Of a stretch of DNA of 57,223 nucleotides, positions 54,101-57,223 are shown piece by piece. The position numbers and the translations under genes were made by a program. The stretch spans positions 1-57,223 of the forward strand of contig JYFJ02002424.1 of the NCBI GenBank assembly GCA_000934665.2. The letters are read 5' to 3'. The notes under the pieces are model-generated. The model made no database searches. It saw only the letters and a program-made list of their open reading frames with translations, and was not told the origin of the DNA. Position 1 is the first letter of the stretch, and every line of letters begins with the position of its first letter. This DNA comes from Catajapyx aquilonaris. Its lineage: Eukaryota.

Positions 54101-55411
54101 ACCCACCCAATTGGCTGTGGCCTGCGGGGGTGAAGGGGGGAGGGGGCAAGGGCATTGGGTCGGATTGAAAACGGGCGCGACAAACTCATTTGGGGAGCCG
54201 GCGATCGTGGATGCATTGTGCTCGGCTTGTACGACAACCTTGTCCGACACGAGAAGTGCATTTGGCAGTCTCAAATTACTGGCCCTCCACCCCCCTCCCT
54301 CCCCCAACAAACCTAGCCAGCCGGCCTCCTCCGGACAATGAATTTACATCCAGGGTGTACACAGCACAAATGGCTAGTCTCCGCCTGGAATGATAACGTC
54401 GTTGGAAGTTTCGTCCTGAGAAAGTACGTTTCAGCCCGGAGCCTACTCCTTGCGTAACAGCCAACGGGTCTATACTTGTCGGTCGCCATTTTTAAGCCCT
54501 ACCAGGCCTACCTGGACTGCTTTCTGTGTACTGAAAGGAGCAGGATTTTGTTTCTGTGAGAATTGTTTGCGTTGTTAGACTCTTTTTCCTATACGGTTCT
54601 TTTTTGTAAAAACCTTTCAGCTTTGTAAGAAGTACCGGAATCTTTTTGATGGATCAGTGAGTTCAGGAGGATCCGACATCATTAGGCACAACTTCTGAAA
54701 TTTCCTCTTTGTGCCTGAGCAAGTCGCGCAGATATGTTTAGAGAGCTTGTTCTTTTCAGTTCAAGACAACCTTAAAAAAAAACCTCTTACAGTATGCATA
54801 CACGCCATAAAACCACCTGTAAGTGGCATTATCATCTTAGAGCCACGGGCAGAAAGACAAAAATGAGCAAGCATATTCTCCATCAGGTCACACATGATGC
54901 ATGATATGGGCCAAGTTGATTCATATTAGGAACTCCCTTCAGCAGGGCAAACAAAGCTTACGCTTTTACACAGCATATAAAATTAAGCGTAGCCGTGTTG
55001 ACCGTTTTTAGTGTTGGCTAATATTTGCCTTTTTCTTCGTTCCTATAAAGAGAACATGCACTCTGTTGGCCTACTTTGGGTCAGTACGAGCCCAGTTAAT
55101 GGATAGTCCAGCAGGGTAGGTGCTCATCTTTGGCTGGCTGAAGAGCAAAATGGATGGATGGATAGGTGGATGGATGTATGGGCGAATGTGTGTGAGTGTG
55201 TGTGTGTGGCAGGGATGAGGCAGCAAAATCTAATGCACCAGCTTGACAGATTCTGAACAAGCACGCAATTTTTTAATCTCCATTATGTTCCTGCGAGTGG
55301 GCTTTTCACGGCATCAGCTTTGTTGCACTCTACCGCTAGAGAGAGTATAAAGGATTTTTTTGACTAGATTTTTTTTGTGTCTACAGAGGTATTTGGAAAA
55401 TTAGGACTTAC

Positions 55412-55496
55412 CTATTACGTCCGTAATTGTTGCGGATTCATTGCAGGTGATAAAGTAGTTGTAAAAGCTGACCATCACAAGGCCCCCGTTTAAGGT
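55412..55496 (-). CDS. DPEP1: Dipeptidase 1-like gene, coding exon C
   Basis: tttcag|ACC...ATA G|gtaagt; 85 nt, phase 0 to 1. Encodes TLNGGLVMVSFYNYFITCNESATITDVI (GGLVMVxFY motif, conserved Cys). Not in the ORF track; found by reading the sequence. Confidence 0.95.
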
Positions 55497-56268
55497 CTGA
55501 AATGAGCCAAAAAGTGGTGCTATGAGTGCACTCAGAGTAATGTGGGGATGAAACCAAATAGCATTACAATCATATAACTGAAATGCAACATTAAAAAGAA
55601 TTCACTTATTTCTTAACAGAGCAATCAATTTTTGTATACACATATTTCTGACCAAATCTGATCCTTAAGAAGTACTATTTGTGGATTATTTTATGCAGTT
55701 ATTTAAATATAACTATGTTTGCAAATAAAGATTTCAGTTACAAATATAAGGTTTCATCATCTTTTTGTCAATAGCAACAGATCCAGCGAGACACACCCTG
55801 CAATATAGAGTTCACGCAGGCTGAACAGAAGTCGGATAATGTGGCGAAAAAAGAAAACCGAAGAGCCTTGTGGGGCTTGGAGGAGTATCAGGGTTGGAGG
55901 AACGAGAAAAATGAAGTGGTGGTCGGGGACAAATGGGGTGTGACAGGATGTAGGAGGGCGGGAGGTGGAGCAGTGTTATGGCCGAATTAGGCCTTATCCA
56001 GGTCCAAGCCATAGTTGACCAACTTCCACAGGACCACACTGAAGGGGGGAAAAAACTGCAGACTGGCACCGATGGGATTTCCAACTACTGACAATCTGTT
56101 GCGAAAGAATTTGAGCTACAGTTGGGCTTACTTACGTTTCGGACACAGTAAGTAAGCGTTAATGCAACGTCGTAATTTACGGCACGGAAAAAAACGTGAC
56201 GTTTTTCCTTCAGTGTGAACCTCCGGAGTCAAATTGTATTGTCATGCAAACAATATTAAAATACTCAC

Positions 56269-56445
56269 CACTTGTCTGAGGATGTCGTCGGGGACATTGC
56301 GTGAGGAATTGCACAGTGCGAAGGCCGATGAATGCGAAAATATGACTGGTGCTTTGGAAGCAGCTAGGGCGTCACGGATTGTCTGCACTGACGCATGCGA
56401 CAGGTCCACCAGCATACCCAGCCTATTCAGCTCTTTTATCACCAT
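56269..56445 (-). CDS. DPEP1: Dipeptidase 1-like gene, coding exon B
   Basis: tttcag|ATG...GTG|gtgagt; 177 nt, phase 0 to 0. Encodes [59 protein letters not shown], with the M19 motifs ELNRLG, DLSH (Zn His), IFSHS (Zn His) and RNVPD (substrate Arg). Confidence 0.97.
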
Positions 56446-57047
56446 CTGAAAAGATCGTGCAATTTGGTTTTTAGTTTCTATATGGATGTGTCACGCAACG
56501 TCTCACACCTTCAAAGGTGGCAACAGAGAACAATCAGAATTCCCGTGATTTTTTTTGCATCATTCGGGATTCATTTTGCAACAGTAGATTTCATCAGAAT
56601 TTTGCTACCAGTGGTAGTAGTAACCATAAAAAATTGTAGCACTTATTCTGTTGCACCCAGCTTACTGCACGTGTTATACGGCGTCCGGGCAACACTGTGT
56701 CCTGTCCGGGAAATTTACAGCGCAGCTTTCCGCCTCGCTGAATAATGTAACTCCCAACAAGTTGATTTACATTGGCAAATGTAATCCAATTTGTCTTTTC
56801 TCCCTCTCCCGCCACACGTGAAAATGATGTAGGACTATGTTACTTGTGTTGAAAACAACTGCGGTTAGTTGGTGCAATCGTCATAAACAAGCTCGTAATC
56901 CCGACGGGAAATTGTTTTCAACACGGCAACGCATCTTCCGCACAAAAATAATTGTCGACTATGAATCCCTAGCCTTGTCGATGGATAGTGCAGCTGTCGA
57001 ACTCTATAGGAAAATTGAGTGACTAAATAGTAAAATGGGGAACTTAC

Positions 57048-57117
57048 TTTTCCGAAGGATGTGAGCCCGTTGTGCTCAGGCAGCTGTCCCGGACTATCTG
57101 CTGACGAGCAGTCTGCC
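57048..57117 (-). CDS. DPEP1: Dipeptidase 1-like (M19) gene, coding exon A (first in window; gene continues beyond right edge)
   Basis: Minus strand ttggcag|G GCA GAC...GGA AAA|gtaagt; 70 nt, phase 2 to 0. Encodes (W)ADCSSADSPGQLPEHNGLTSFGK, matching the M19 segment WAD...GL(S/T)xFG. The symbol indicates family, not proven orthology. Confidence 0.93.
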
Positions 57118-57223
57118 CTGCCAAATAAGGCACAAACTAAATATACATACACTTGTTTTCAATGGTTTGCACTAATACTATATTAATACGCACACATACT
57201 TTGCACAGACGTGAGCAAAAGAC

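Overview
Eukaryotic (animal, probably arthropod/insect) genomic DNA, about 40% GC, with short N gaps next to poly-G/C runs. The only well-supported gene is the 3' part of a membrane (renal) dipeptidase family gene (peptidase M19, DPEP-like) on the minus strand. Six coding exons (57048-57117, 56269-56445, 55412-55496, 42855-42930, 35087-35225, 17448-17549) splice in frame through canonical GT-AG introns of 0.6-17.5 kb and give the C-terminal 215 aa; the 5' part lies beyond the window. The protein keeps the beta-Zn histidines, the substrate Arg and the cysteines, but has Gly at the catalytic Asp position (GIGAGYDG vs GFGGDFDG) and no GPI tail, so it may be a pseudo-dipeptidase. The rest is intron or intergenic DNA rich in non-autonomous transposons: Kolobok/T2-, hAT-, Tc1/mariner- and Harbinger-type MITEs, a Helitron and tRNA-derived SINEs. 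These include a heavily nested cluster at 2.4-6.5 kb and an inverted pair of minisatellite-bearing elements bracketing the penultimate exon. Most ORFs in the supplied track appear spurious. All comparisons to known families come from memory; no database search was run.
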